Below, piece after piece: positions 9,401 through 18,991 of a stretch of DNA of 64,000 nt. Numbering within the stretch: the first letter of the stretch is position 1; each line of letters begins with the position of its first letter. The stretch lies in contig WTBT01000012.1 in NCBI GenBank assembly GCA_013138965.1, positions 3,497-67,496 on the forward strand, written 5' to 3'. Source of the DNA: Candidatus Aegiribacteria sp. (GTDB lineage Bacteria; Fermentibacterota; Fermentibacteria; Fermentibacterales; JCC-6). A program made the position numbers and the translations under genes. The notes beneath the pieces were generated by a model. That model was not told the origin of the DNA and did no database searches. It saw only the letters and a list, made by a program, of their open reading frames with translations.

Positions 9401-9906
9401 AGAACAGGTGGTATCATTTCTTCTGGACGGAACTGGGCAGAAGAATAACCGGTACAGGAACAGCCCTTCCCGGATATATCCCGGGCTCCATGGCTGAAGT
9501 TCTGCGTAACGAGCCTCCTGACCACGGGGAATCCTGTTTCCGGCTGGACTTAAAACTGTCTCCACGGAAATCCAGGAAGATTTACGGCTATACGTGGAAT
9601 GTTCTTCGAGAGCACGGATTCAGCCGTTCACTAAGACTGACTCCATGGGCTGGAATTACCATGCTGATCCCGTTTTACAGAGACGGCATCGGAGTTACTC
9701 CCCAGTCATTTTCCAGAAGAATCCCTCCGGAAAAAAGAGCCATGTCTCTTGTGGGAAGATCTGCTGCGGCGCTTAAATCGGGCTACAGCCTCTGGGTCAT
9801 TCCGGGTGAATGGAACGATGACATTCTGTCGATTTTCAGTAGTGGAGGTATAAAAGCCTGTTCTCTGGACAATCTGGCCGATATGTGCAGGAAGGGATTC
9901 CCTTGA
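9397..9906 (+). CDS. Hypothetical protein
   Basis: 169-aa ORF with a TTG start overlapping the recX stop. An alternative ATG is at 9490. No recognised motif. Confidence 0.3.
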   Translation: MKNRWYHFFWTELGRRITGTGTALPGYIPGSMAEVLRNEPPDHGESCFRLDLKLSPRKSRKIYGYTWNVLREHGFSRSLRLTPWAGITMLIPFYRDGIGVTPQSFSRRIPPEKRAMSLVGRSAAALKSGYSLWVIPGEWNDDILSIFSSGGIKACSLDNLADMCRKGFP

Positions 9907-10259
9907 AATTCTTCTTAATAAGCCTGCTGATCCTCCTCCTGCCTGTAGCGGGGCAGGATGCGAATATTCGAGATAACAGTCTTTCCGATATTCTCTTTTT
10001 TCAATACAGAGGAATATTCAGGGATCTTCTTGGCAGAAGGTGCGTATACTACCCCAGCTGTTCCCATTACGGTCAGGAGGCTATTGAATCACGGGGATAT
10101 GTGTTCGGCATCATGATGGCCATTGAGCGGTGGACGAGGTGTACTTCTGCAGCTTTCAGATATGGGGATTACAGGGTTACTGAAGGAGATAAACTCGCAG
10201 ATTCAGTGAATCCTGGAGAGGAAGTGATATGCTGGGGACGATTCTTGCTGCCCTTCTGA
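9885..10259 (+). CDS. yidD: Membrane protein insertion efficiency factor YidD, with an N-terminal hydrophobic extension
   Basis: YidD core motif (RRCVYYPSCSHYGQEAIESRGYVFGIMMAIERWTRC) preceded by a signal/TM-like segment (LKFFLISLLILLLPVAG). Confidence 0.7.
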   Translation: MQEGIPLKFFLISLLILLLPVAGQDANIRDNSLSDILFFQYRGIFRDLLGRRCVYYPSCSHYGQEAIESRGYVFGIMMAIERWTRCTSAAFRYGDYRVTEGDKLADSVNPGEEVICWGRFLLPF

Positions 10260-11071
10260 CCGTATTTCCGAGTTATGATTCTGATGAAGGCTTTGCCGAT
10301 TACCTGTACGGTCTGGGCGAATACGGTATGGCTTCACAGGAATACCTGAGGGTCATCTACGCCCACGATGAAGATACTCTGGCCTGCCCCCTGGTCTCTC
10401 TTCGCCTGGCCAGATGCTGGCAGGAGCTCGGGCGAAGGGAAGATGCTTTCTCTCTCTATACATTCCTTCACAGGAATCTGTCTGATACTGAACTTAAAGC
10501 CGGAGCGATGATGGGCGCCGGGTCGGCACTCGAAGAATCGGGGGATCTCGGTTATGCAAGAGAGCTGTATACAGACGCTGCGGTCACATCAGAGGATGCT
10601 GAAATAATGGCGAGAGCCGGTATAATGGCGAGTCTCATGAATGCCCGGATGGGTAACTGGCAAGCTTCCGCCGAAGAACTCAGAATGATATCCTCAACCG
10701 GAGGTCCCTTTTCCGATATCTCTTCAAGCCTTGCAGCAAAGGTTGCCGAAGGCCAATACCTTCCCCATCGCAGCCCCTTATGGTGTGGGATTTCCAGCGC
10801 TCTGCTTCCCGGTTCAGGACAGATGATCTGTGGCCACTATACCGACGGGATAATTGCTTTCGGTCTAAATGGAGCGCTGGCCTGGCTTTTCTATGAATCC
10901 CTGCAGGAGGATAATACAACGACTTCGGTGCTGCTTGGCTGGCTGGGCTTATCTTTTTATGGAGGCAATATTTACGGCGGTTCAAGAGCGGCGGTGACTT
11001 ACAATTTCGCAAGAAGACGTGAACTGCTGGAAGAGGTGAGCGGGATACTGGAGGATCAGCATCGATTCTGA
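10229..11071 (+). CDS. Hypothetical TPR-like membrane protein
   Basis: 280 aa. The N-terminal half is helical-repeat, the C-terminal half has Gly-rich hydrophobic helices (LWCGISSALLPGSGQMICG, LLGWLGLSFYGGNIYGG). It overlaps the yidD stop. Confidence 0.4.
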   Translation: MLGTILAALLTVFPSYDSDEGFADYLYGLGEYGMASQEYLRVIYAHDEDTLACPLVSLRLARCWQELGRREDAFSLYTFLHRNLSDTELKAGAMMGAGSALEESGDLGYARELYTDAAVTSEDAEIMARAGIMASLMNARMGNWQASAEELRMISSTGGPFSDISSSLAAKVAEGQYLPHRSPLWCGISSALLPGSGQMICGHYTDGIIAFGLNGALAWLFYESLQEDNTTTSVLLGWLGLSFYGGNIYGGSRAAVTYNFARRRELLEEVSGILEDQHRF

Positions 11072-11296
11072 CCTTGACTTTCTGTTTAAATTCTAACAGT
11101 TTAGCGGTTCCCTTCAGGTATACTCGTAGCCGATAGTCCCTGATGCGTTGCGGGGGTTCTCAAATGCGGAGATATAAGGGTTAATGCAGCTTTGGGTCTG
11201 AATAGAACTGTCTTGTTAAATAGTTGTATTCCATACATATCCATCTCACGGATTAATGGAATAATATAGCATGATTCGTAGTGGAGGTTCAGAATA

Positions 11297-11725
11297 GTGA
11301 AGACATATACGGCCAAAACCGGAGAGATAGAGAGGAAATGGTGGCAGATTGACGCCACCGGATATTCTCCCGGGAGACTGGCTTCCCGGATCGCCATGAT
11401 CCTTCAGGGCAAAAACAAGCCGGTATACACACCTCATATCGATACCGGTGATTTTGTTGTAGTGACAAACGTTGAGAAAATGAATTTCACAGGCAAAAAG
11501 CTCGATCAGAAGGAGTATGGACGTCATACCGGGTATCCGGGTGGAAGAAAGACTACAAGTATGAAGGTAATGCTGGAAAAGCATCCTGACAGGATTCTCA
11601 GAAAAGCTGTTCGGGGTATGTTGCCCAAGAACAGAATAGCCAGAAAACAGATTAAGAAATTGAAAATATTCGCTGGAAACGAACATGCGCATGCGGCACA
11701 GAACCCCCGGGTTCTGGAAGTCTAG
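11297..11725 (+). CDS. rplM: 50S ribosomal protein L13
   Basis: GTG start. The sequence is canonical L13 (KTYTAKTGEIERKWWQIDATG...HTGYPGG). Confidence 0.95.
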   Translation: MKTYTAKTGEIERKWWQIDATGYSPGRLASRIAMILQGKNKPVYTPHIDTGDFVVVTNVEKMNFTGKKLDQKEYGRHTGYPGGRKTTSMKVMLEKHPDRILRKAVRGMLPKNRIARKQIKKLKIFAGNEHAHAAQNPRVLEV

Positions 11726-11742
11726 CGGTCAAGGGTGGTGAG

Positions 11743-12129
11743 ATGAAACAGCATATAGGTGTTGGCAGACGAAAAAGCGCTACAGCAAGATGTTATCTAA
11801 AACCCGGAAAAGGTCATATCCGGATAAATCATAGAGATCCTAAAGAATACTTCTGTGATTTGTGGCAGCTGGAGCATGCCCTTAAACCCCTGGAGATCGC
11901 CGGGGTATCAAAGGACTTTGACCTTACAGTCAACGTTCGCGGTGGAGGGATAACAGGACAGGCCGGAGCTATAAGACTTGGAATAGCAAGAGCCCTGGTC
12001 GACGTTAACCCCGATTTCAGGCCTGCCCTGAAAGCTGAGGGTATGCTCAGGCGTGATCCGAGGATCGTTGAGCGAAAGAAATACGGGCAGCCCAAGGCAA
12101 GAAAGAGATTCCAGTTCTCCAAGAGATAG
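11743..12129 (+). CDS. rpsI: 30S ribosomal protein S9
   Basis: GRRKSATARCYLKPGKGHIRIN...GGGITGQAGAIRLGIARAL...KKYGQPKARKRFQFSKR. Confidence 0.95.
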   Translation: MKQHIGVGRRKSATARCYLKPGKGHIRINHRDPKEYFCDLWQLEHALKPLEIAGVSKDFDLTVNVRGGGITGQAGAIRLGIARALVDVNPDFRPALKAEGMLRRDPRIVERKKYGQPKARKRFQFSKR

Positions 12130-12259
12130 AATACTGCGCACTCTCTGTACATTGTGCGCTCAATACACACGGCTGGTGGTGATAAACCCCGGTGTTTCCA
12201 TCTGAATATGGAAATGGGTTCGATCAAGCCGGCTGGAGGATAACCGAAAGGAACAATCC

Positions 12260-13252
12260 ATGACAATACCTTCCATGAAGGAAATGCTTGAGGCCGGAAT
12301 ACATTTCGGTCACCAGAAGAGCCGATGGAACCCGAAGATGAAGAGCTATATCTTCATGGCTCGTAACGGTATACATATCATTGATCTTAAGAAATCGCGA
12401 GTGTTGCTCGAAGAAGCTGCAAATCTTGTTGCGAAAACCGTTGCCTCGGGGAAAAGCGTTCTCTTTGTGGCCACGAAAAAGCAGGGAAGAGAGTGCCTGA
12501 AAGAGCATGCTATCAGATGCGGTCAGTATTACGTTACCGAGCGCTGGATGGGCGGAATGCTTACGAACTTCAGAACGATCTCAAAGGGTATACAGACACT
12601 GATCGAGCTTGAACAGGCAGAGAAGGATGGATACCCCTCGAGCCTTACTAAAAAGGAAATTCTCAGGAAGAAGAGGCACAGGGAGAAGCTTGAGAAGGAT
12701 CTTACAGGTATTCGCCACATGAAAAAACTTCCCGGAGCGATTATTGTCGTTGATATCAAGAAGGAACAGATAGCTGTCAGGGAAGCAAGAAATCTGAAAA
12801 TTCCCTGCATAGGCATAGTGGATACGAACTGCGACCCGACAGAAGTCGATTATCCCATCCCCGGCAACGACGATGCCATTAAATCCATATCCATGATTGT
12901 GGGAACTCTGGCGGATTACGCGCTTCTAGGTGCAGAAGGAGCTACTTCGGAAGCTGCGGATGCCTTAGCATTGGAAGAGATGACTAAAGGACCGGCGGCG
13001 GAAAAGCCGAAGGAAGCTGCATCGGAAGAAAAAAGCGATGATGCCGGCAAAGAGAAAACAGAAAGCCCGAAGCCAGCGAAACCCGCCAGAAAGAAAACCA
13101 CAACGAAAGCTTCCGTGAAGACCGAGAAGAAATCGGTTTCAGGGAAGTCCGTGAAGAAGGCTGCCGAGAAGAAAACTACTGAGAATACCTATTCGGACAG
13201 TCCTGCCGAAAACCTGGACAATTCCGAAAAGGCAAAGGAATCGGGTGAATAA
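12260..13252 (+). CDS. rpsB: 30S ribosomal protein S2 with a roughly 80-aa Lys/Glu-rich C-terminal extension
   Basis: The S2 core is canonical (MLEAGIHFGHQKSRWNPKM...ERWMGGMLTNF). The tail is rich in K, E, S and T (PKPAKPARKKTTTKASVKTEKK...). Confidence 0.9.
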   Translation: MTIPSMKEMLEAGIHFGHQKSRWNPKMKSYIFMARNGIHIIDLKKSRVLLEEAANLVAKTVASGKSVLFVATKKQGRECLKEHAIRCGQYYVTERWMGGMLTNFRTISKGIQTLIELEQAEKDGYPSSLTKKEILRKKRHREKLEKDLTGIRHMKKLPGAIIVVDIKKEQIAVREARNLKIPCIGIVDTNCDPTEVDYPIPGNDDAIKSISMIVGTLADYALLGAEGATSEAADALALEEMTKGPAAEKPKEAASEEKSDDAGKEKTESPKPAKPARKKTTTKASVKTEKKSVSGKSVKKAAEKKTTENTYSDSPAENLDNSEKAKESGE

Positions 13253-13848
13253 TGGCTGTCAATCTTGATGATCTGAAGCAGATCAGAAAAGCCACCGGAG
13301 CAGGCATGTTGGACTGCAAAAAAGCACTTGATGAAAGTGATGGCGATATGGAGAAAGCCATTACAATTCTCCGCGAGAAAGGTATAAAAGTAGCTTCCAA
13401 GAAAGCTTCAAGAGATGCGGATGAGGGTCTTGTAGTATCGTATATCCATCCCCCCGGAAAGCTTGGAATTCTTGTTGAGGTGAACTGCGAAACGGATTTC
13501 GTCGCAAGGACAGAGGATTTCCAGAATTTCGCAAAGAAAATCGCCATGCATATAGCAGCTTACCCTCCAATTGTCGTTTCCCGTGGAAATTTGCCGAAGG
13601 AAGATGTGGAAGCTGAGAGGAAAGTGCTCCTCGCGCAGCTTGAAGGTTCGGGCAAGCCGGCTGAAATTATCGAGAAAATAATAAACGGCCGGATGGAAAA
13701 ATTCTATTCGGATACATGTCTGCTTGACCAGGAATGGTCGGACGACCCGGATGTTGGAACCGTGAAGGACGCTCTTACCGATCTGATAGGAAAGCTTCGC
13801 GAGAACATTGTGATCAGCAGATTCGCAAGGTTTTCGATAGGTAACTGA
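13252..13848 (+). CDS. tsf: Elongation factor Ts
   Basis: LKQIRKATGAGMLDCKKALDESDGDMEKAITILREKG is the UBA-like N-terminus of EF-Ts. The start overlaps the rpsB stop. Confidence 0.9.
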   Translation: MAVNLDDLKQIRKATGAGMLDCKKALDESDGDMEKAITILREKGIKVASKKASRDADEGLVVSYIHPPGKLGILVEVNCETDFVARTEDFQNFAKKIAMHIAAYPPIVVSRGNLPKEDVEAERKVLLAQLEGSGKPAEIIEKIINGRMEKFYSDTCLLDQEWSDDPDVGTVKDALTDLIGKLRENIVISRFARFSIGN

Positions 13849-14579
13849 TGAAAGAGGATGACCGGGCCGTTCAAGAGCGGGTACTTCTCAAACTCAGCGG
13901 AGAGGTTCTTGCAGGCGAAGCCGGTCACGGAATAGATCCTGATATCACGGGGGAACTTGCCGGAGCCGTTCTGGACCTTGCTGCCGCCGGCTGCAGTGTT
14001 GGAATAGTCACGGGCGGAGGCAATTTCATCAGGGGAAGGGATCTGAGATCAATTGATCGGATCACCGGAGATCAGATGGGAATGCTGGCAACGCTCATCA
14101 ACGGTCTGGCGTTCAGAGATGCGATAAGGAAGCGCGGCGGCAGAGCTGCTGTCCTCTCATCCATACCTGTTGAAGGTATCTTCGAAACCTTTTCACCGGA
14201 GAAAGCCGAGGAATACCTCAACCGTGGATACGTAGTCATATATGCAGGAGGAACAGGCAACCCGTGTCTTACTACGGACACCGCGGCTGCACTCAGAGCT
14301 GTGCAGACAGGGTGTTCTCGGTTGCTCAAGGGTACGAAGGTTGATGGTGTATACGATTCGGACCCAGCGCAAAATCTTGAAGCTGAACGATTTAAAACAC
14401 TAACATATGATGAGGGGCTCAAGCTTGATCTGAAGGTGATGGATGCTGCCGCAATTGCTATCTGTCGAGATGAAGGACTTCCTATTAGTGTTTTTGATAT
14501 ACGGGATCCGAAAAATATCCTCAGGGTATTCAAAGAACCTTCAATCGGAAGCCTGATAGGGGGAATGAACTGTGAATGA
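13848..14579 (+). CDS. pyrH: Uridylate kinase
   Basis: RVLLKLSGEVLAG...GIVTGGGNFIRG...TGNPCLTTDTAAALRA are UMP kinase motifs. Confidence 0.9.
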   Translation: MKEDDRAVQERVLLKLSGEVLAGEAGHGIDPDITGELAGAVLDLAAAGCSVGIVTGGGNFIRGRDLRSIDRITGDQMGMLATLINGLAFRDAIRKRGGRAAVLSSIPVEGIFETFSPEKAEEYLNRGYVVIYAGGTGNPCLTTDTAAALRAVQTGCSRLLKGTKVDGVYDSDPAQNLEAERFKTLTYDEGLKLDLKVMDAAAIAICRDEGLPISVFDIRDPKNILRVFKEPSIGSLIGGMNCE

Positions 14580-15129
14580 TCAGATCCTGAAGGATCTAAA
14601 GAGCACGATGAAAAAAGCGGTTGAGAACACCGCAAGGGAGATGGCTGTAATAAGGACCGGCAAGGCAAGTCCCGCTCTTCTGGACAATATACGGGTCGAG
14701 TGCTGGGGGGGGCTGCATCCCATAAAACAGGTGGCCGGAATATCGGCGCCGGAGCCCCGGCTTATCGTAATACAACCTTTCGATCCCTCGACATCAGATG
14801 CCATTGTCCGCGCCGTACAGAAATCGGACCTGGGCCTCAGAGCTTCCGCGGACGGACCTGTGGTAAGAATCCCCGTTCCAAAGCTGTCCGATGATCGCAG
14901 AAAGGAACTCAGCCGGCACGTTAAAAAGCTTGCTGAATCCGGAAGAACCTCGATAAGGAATATCAGAAGAAGCGGCAATGATGAACTGCACAAATCCAGC
15001 AAAGCAGGTGATATCACTGAGGATGAGGAGTACAAAACCCTTAGCGATATCCAGGATGCGGCAAATGAAGCTATAGCCGAAATCGACAAATATCTCGAAT
15101 CAAAAGAAGCTGAAATACTTGAAGTCTGA
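14572..15129 (+). CDS. frr: Ribosome recycling factor
   Basis: 185 aa with RRF sequence (IRTGKASPALLDNIRVECWG...DDRRKEL). Confidence 0.9.
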   Translation: MNDQILKDLKSTMKKAVENTAREMAVIRTGKASPALLDNIRVECWGGLHPIKQVAGISAPEPRLIVIQPFDPSTSDAIVRAVQKSDLGLRASADGPVVRIPVPKLSDDRRKELSRHVKKLAESGRTSIRNIRRSGNDELHKSSKAGDITEDEEYKTLSDIQDAANEAIAEIDKYLESKEAEILEV

Positions 15130-15841
15130 CTCTGCTTTTCTTACCCATGTGGGGATAATCATGGATGGGAACGGTCGCTGGGCAAGGTCTCGCGGTCTGA
15201 AACGGATAGAGGGGCATAAGGCAGCGGAGAAGGCCATTCATGATGCCGTTGAATACTGCGGTGAAAAGGGTGTTAAATACCTGACCCTGTACGCCTTCTC
15301 AACCGAAAACTGGAAGAGGCCGAAAGCCGAGGTCATTTTCATAATGACCCTTTTAAAAAGCTTCATAAAGCGCAATATCGATAATCTTGACAGAAACCGG
15401 GTCAGAATCAGAGCCACCGGTCGGTTTGAAGATCTGCCCCGTGGACCACTGAACGAACTGCGGAAAGCAATGACACGAACCGCTTCCAACGAAGGTTTGA
15501 ACCTGATTCTTGCCCTGAGCTACGGAGGCAGAGCGGAGATAACTGACGCAATTAGAAAGATCGCCCGGGATATCGATGCAGGACGGATGCAAACCTCCGA
15601 CATCACTGAAGATACCATTACATCCTGCATGTATCTCCCTGACGTGCCCGATCCTGACATCATCATACGTACGAGCGGCGAGCAGAGACTGTCGAATTTC
15701 CTGCTGTGGGAATCTGCCTATTCCGAACTCTACTTCACAGATGTTCTCTGGCCTGATTTCAGAAGGGTACATCTTGAGGAGGCTTTCGAGGATTACAGAT
15801 CGAGACAAAGACGGTTCGGCGATTTAGATCCCGACCGATGA
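15119..15841 (+). CDS. uppS: Undecaprenyl diphosphate synthase (cis-prenyltransferase)
   Basis: HVGIIMDGNGRWA...YLTLYAFSTENWKRP...RLSNFLLWESAYSELYF are UPPS signatures. Confidence 0.9.
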   Translation: MKSDSAFLTHVGIIMDGNGRWARSRGLKRIEGHKAAEKAIHDAVEYCGEKGVKYLTLYAFSTENWKRPKAEVIFIMTLLKSFIKRNIDNLDRNRVRIRATGRFEDLPRGPLNELRKAMTRTASNEGLNLILALSYGGRAEITDAIRKIARDIDAGRMQTSDITEDTITSCMYLPDVPDPDIIIRTSGEQRLSNFLLWESAYSELYFTDVLWPDFRRVHLEEAFEDYRSRQRRFGDLDPDR

Positions 15842-16656
15842 AAGCATTCAATTCCCTTGCGATCAGAGTGGCGGTAGCCGTTCCCGGCATGGGGATGTTC
15901 GTGGCGGTCGCGTTTCTTGACATACCTTTTCTGACAACCACATTTTTCGCACTTATTGCAGCCCTCTGTGCTATGGAAGCGGTCACTCTGTTCAGACCCG
16001 GCTCCGGTATGCCAATGAAAGCGGTATATGCTGCAATGATCGCCGGATCATCTGTTGCTGTCGCTCTTCTTGATCCGATTATCTCAATAGTTGTGATCCT
16101 GCTCCCCGGGGCAATCATCGGAGCGGTATGGATACTTGGCGACGGGATTAACCATGCACGCAGGAAAACTGCGGGAATCACAGGGATATCCGTTGCGCTT
16201 GCCCTGGGTTTCGGCCTGCTGGCAAGGCTGAGGCTGGATTTCCAGTCGCCCTGGGTCATGTTCGTACCTCTTCTGATCTGCTGGCTGGGGGATTCCCTGG
16301 CTTACTTCGCGGGGAGCGCCTTCGGACGGCATAAAATGGCGCCCTCCATCAGCCCGGCCAAATCCTGGGAGGGTTTTATTGCCGGGATAGCAGGCGCAGT
16401 CGGCGGAGCTGTCCTGGCGGGTACTGTCGGGGCTTCGTTTCCTCTGGTTACTATGCTGATGATAGGGATGACTGGAGGCATTGCCGCCGTCGCTGGAGAC
16501 CTGATGGAGTCTGCGATGAAGAGAGATGCTGGAGTAAAGGATTCCGGCTCATTCCTTCCCGGGCATGGGGGTTTTCTTGATAGATTCGACAGTATTCTGG
16601 CCGTTGTTCCGGTTGTATGGATTTTGCTGTTCCTCTTTGCGGGAACTCCGATATGA
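15838..16656 (+). CDS. cdsA: Phosphatidate cytidylyltransferase
   Basis: Multi-TM protein with the CTP_transf_1 C-terminal motif (SAMKRDAGVKDSGSFLPGHGGFLDRFDS). Confidence 0.85.
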   Translation: MKAFNSLAIRVAVAVPGMGMFVAVAFLDIPFLTTTFFALIAALCAMEAVTLFRPGSGMPMKAVYAAMIAGSSVAVALLDPIISIVVILLPGAIIGAVWILGDGINHARRKTAGITGISVALALGFGLLARLRLDFQSPWVMFVPLLICWLGDSLAYFAGSAFGRHKMAPSISPAKSWEGFIAGIAGAVGGAVLAGTVGASFPLVTMLMIGMTGGIAAVAGDLMESAMKRDAGVKDSGSFLPGHGGFLDRFDSILAVVPVVWILLFLFAGTPI

Positions 16657-17762
16657 TAAGGAAAGTGGCAGTCCTGGGAAGTACCGGGTCCATAGGAACC
16701 CAAGCTCTTGAAATTATTCACGCATGTCCCGAATTGGAACTGCATTCATTACTCTGCAACAGGAACCTTGATCTTCTTCTGAAGCAGAAGGAACAGTACG
16801 CCCCATTGGTAACCGCCATAGCTTCACCACGTGGAGAATGTCCTGATGGCGTAATAACCGGGCCGGAAATTCTTCAGAAGGTTATTGACGGGGCCGACAC
16901 GGTTCTCAACGCCATTGTTGGAAGCGCCGGCCTGCGAGCCAGCCTTATCTGCAGGGACAGGGGCATTACACTGGCCCTGGCCAACAAGGAAAGCCTTGTT
17001 GTAGGCGGCGAACTGCTTCGCGATCATATCTCAGCCGGCGGAATCATTCCCGTTGACAGCGAACACAGTACGATATTCAGATGCCTGCATCGGGAACCTC
17101 GCCCCGTAAGGAGTATTGTGCTGACGGCAAGCGGAGGTTCCGCACGGGATATCCCTGTTGAAAAACTACAGACCGCGGGTGTCGATGATATTCTGAATCA
17201 CCCCACCTGGGATATGGGGGCCAGGATAACTGTTGACTCGGCGACCATGGTGAATAAGGCCTTCGAGGTCATCGAAGCCCGATGGCTGTTCGGCGGCATA
17301 CAGGTTGACGTGGTTGTGCATCCTCAGAGCATAGTTCATTCTTTCGTAAGGCTTGAGGATGGTTCCTGGAAAGCTCTTCTGGGTAAGCCGGATATGAAGG
17401 TGCCGGTGCAGTACGCCCTGCAGTATCCCGGCCGCGAACTTGAACTGATATCCGATGACGGTCCCCTTGACTGGGGAACACTTGAGTTCAGCGAGCTTGA
17501 CGGGCGCAGGTATCCCGCCTTTGATATAGTTATGCGGGCCGGACAGGATGGAAAAACCTTCCCTGCGGCAGCGAACGCGGCAGATGAAGTAGCTGTTGCG
17601 GCATTTCTGGCCGGTAAGATCAGCTTCGGAGATATCGCCGTGGTTATCGAAGAGGTGCTTACCGGGCATGAGGCTCTGGAGATCAGTGATCATGAGACCG
17701 TTATGGAGGCCGACAGGGAATCACGGATTGATGCGGAAAGGATTGTGAGAAGGCTATGCTGA
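16653..17762 (+). CDS. dxr: 1-deoxy-D-xylulose 5-phosphate reductoisomerase
   Basis: I chose the internal ATG (MIRKVAVLGSTGSIGTQAL...) because it forms an ATGA overlap with the cdsA stop. The longer ORF from 16617 is unlikely. Core DXR motifs are present (ANKESLV, PVDSEHS). Confidence 0.9.
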   Translation: MIRKVAVLGSTGSIGTQALEIIHACPELELHSLLCNRNLDLLLKQKEQYAPLVTAIASPRGECPDGVITGPEILQKVIDGADTVLNAIVGSAGLRASLICRDRGITLALANKESLVVGGELLRDHISAGGIIPVDSEHSTIFRCLHREPRPVRSIVLTASGGSARDIPVEKLQTAGVDDILNHPTWDMGARITVDSATMVNKAFEVIEARWLFGGIQVDVVVHPQSIVHSFVRLEDGSWKALLGKPDMKVPVQYALQYPGRELELISDDGPLDWGTLEFSELDGRRYPAFDIVMRAGQDGKTFPAAANAADEVAVAAFLAGKISFGDIAVVIEEVLTGHEALEISDHETVMEADRESRIDAERIVRRLC

Positions 17763-18991
17763 GCATTCTGGCCATAATCTTCGGGCTTGGTTTGATAGTG
17801 TTGTTTCACGAGATGGGACATCTTCTCATGTCCAAGGCTCTCGGCCTGGAAGTCCCGCGTTTTTCCATAGGGTTTCCTCCACATATTTTCAAAAGAAAAA
17901 TTGGCAGGACGGAGTACTGCATAGGACTGATACCCCTCGGAGGATACTGCAGAGTTAATCTTGGCACCACGGGCGAACCGGTTACGGGTGTCTCATGGTT
18001 CAGGCGAGTTCTTGTGGCTCTTGCCGGTCCCTTCGCCAACCTTGTACTCACAACGCTTATACTTATAACCATATTCGGTATTGTAGGTTGGGATATAGAT
18101 ATTGCTCCCGCGGTTGCGGGCAATGCTGACAACTCCCTCGGCCTGGGAGTGGGAGATACTGTTCTTTCCGTAAACGGTTATCCCGTCGCGGACTATTATG
18201 AGATGCTGGGCGCGATGTATTCCGCTACTCCTGGAACAATGACCGTGGGGACAGCTTCTGGAATACTTGAGATGAGTTACTCCCTGCCTGTGGAAACTGT
18301 TCCTTTTCATGCCCTGATACCTGTGGTGATAGGCGAAGCCATGATAGGATTTCCGGCTTACGAATCCGGGATAAGAGCCGGGGACAGCATAATTGCCATC
18401 GATGGAAGACCTGTTGCCATATGGTTTGATTTTCAATCTTTAGTAGCAGCAGGTACTAAAGAACTAGCAATTGAATTCTACAGAAACGGTGTTATTGATA
18501 CGGCTTATGTAACCCCCGGGGAGTACGACGGCAAAATTCTGACAGGTGTTACCGTTCAACTGCCATCGGAGAGGGTCAGGCTTCCGTTTTTCAAAGCCAT
18601 AGTTGAGGGAGTCAGATCCGCTGGTGAGGGTACTGCATACGTATGTACAACGCTGTTCAGGCTGTTCAAAAAACCCGCGGAGCTGGCCGAGAGTTCGGGA
18701 GGTCCCATTTATGTGGCCGAAACCCTGGGGCAACAGGCCAGATCGGGATTACCCAGTTACCTGTATACTATCGCAAGCATATCCATGGCGATAATGATTT
18801 TCAATCTTCTTCCGATACCGGTCCTTGACGGGGGACATGTTGTCATCCTTGTCATAGAGGGTATCAGGGGAAAACCCATTTCCAAGAAGAATGTTCAGAT
18901 AATCCAGCAGACCGGCATGATAATCATCCTGCTGATCTTCCTCCTGATAGTCTTCAAGGACATTTCCAGAGTAATAACCCGCGTACGATAG
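17756..18991 (+). CDS. rseP: Site-2 protease RseP (zinc metalloprotease of regulated intramembrane proteolysis)
   Basis: HEMGHLLMSK (HExxH) in the first TM, PDZ domain(s), and the LDG motif (NLLPIPVLDGGH) in the distal TM. It lies downstream of uppS-cdsA as in the conserved operon. Confidence 0.85.
   Translation: MLSILAIIFGLGLIVLFHEMGHLLMSKALGLEVPRFSIGFPPHIFKRKIGRTEYCIGLIPLGGYCRVNLGTTGEPVTGVSWFRRVLVALAGPFANLVLTTLILITIFGIVGWDIDIAPAVAGNADNSLGLGVGDTVLSVNGYPVADYYEMLGAMYSATPGTMTVGTASGILEMSYSLPVETVPFHALIPVVIGEAMIGFPAYESGIRAGDSIIAIDGRPVAIWFDFQSLVAAGTKELAIEFYRNGVIDTAYVTPGEYDGKILTGVTVQLPSERVRLPFFKAIVEGVRSAGEGTAYVCTTLFRLFKKPAELAESSGGPIYVAETLGQQARSGLPSYLYTIASISMAIMIFNLLPIPVLDGGHVVILVIEGIRGKPISKKNVQIIQQTGMIIILLIFLLIVFKDISRVITRVR

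Noticed and set aside
16617-16652. Extended dxr start (MDFAVPLCGNSDM…)
   Set aside because: It overlaps the cdsA 3' end by 40 nt. The internal ATG at 16653 gives the canonical DXR N-terminus (MIRKVAVLGSTGSIG) and a 4-nt ATGA overlap typical of coupled genes.
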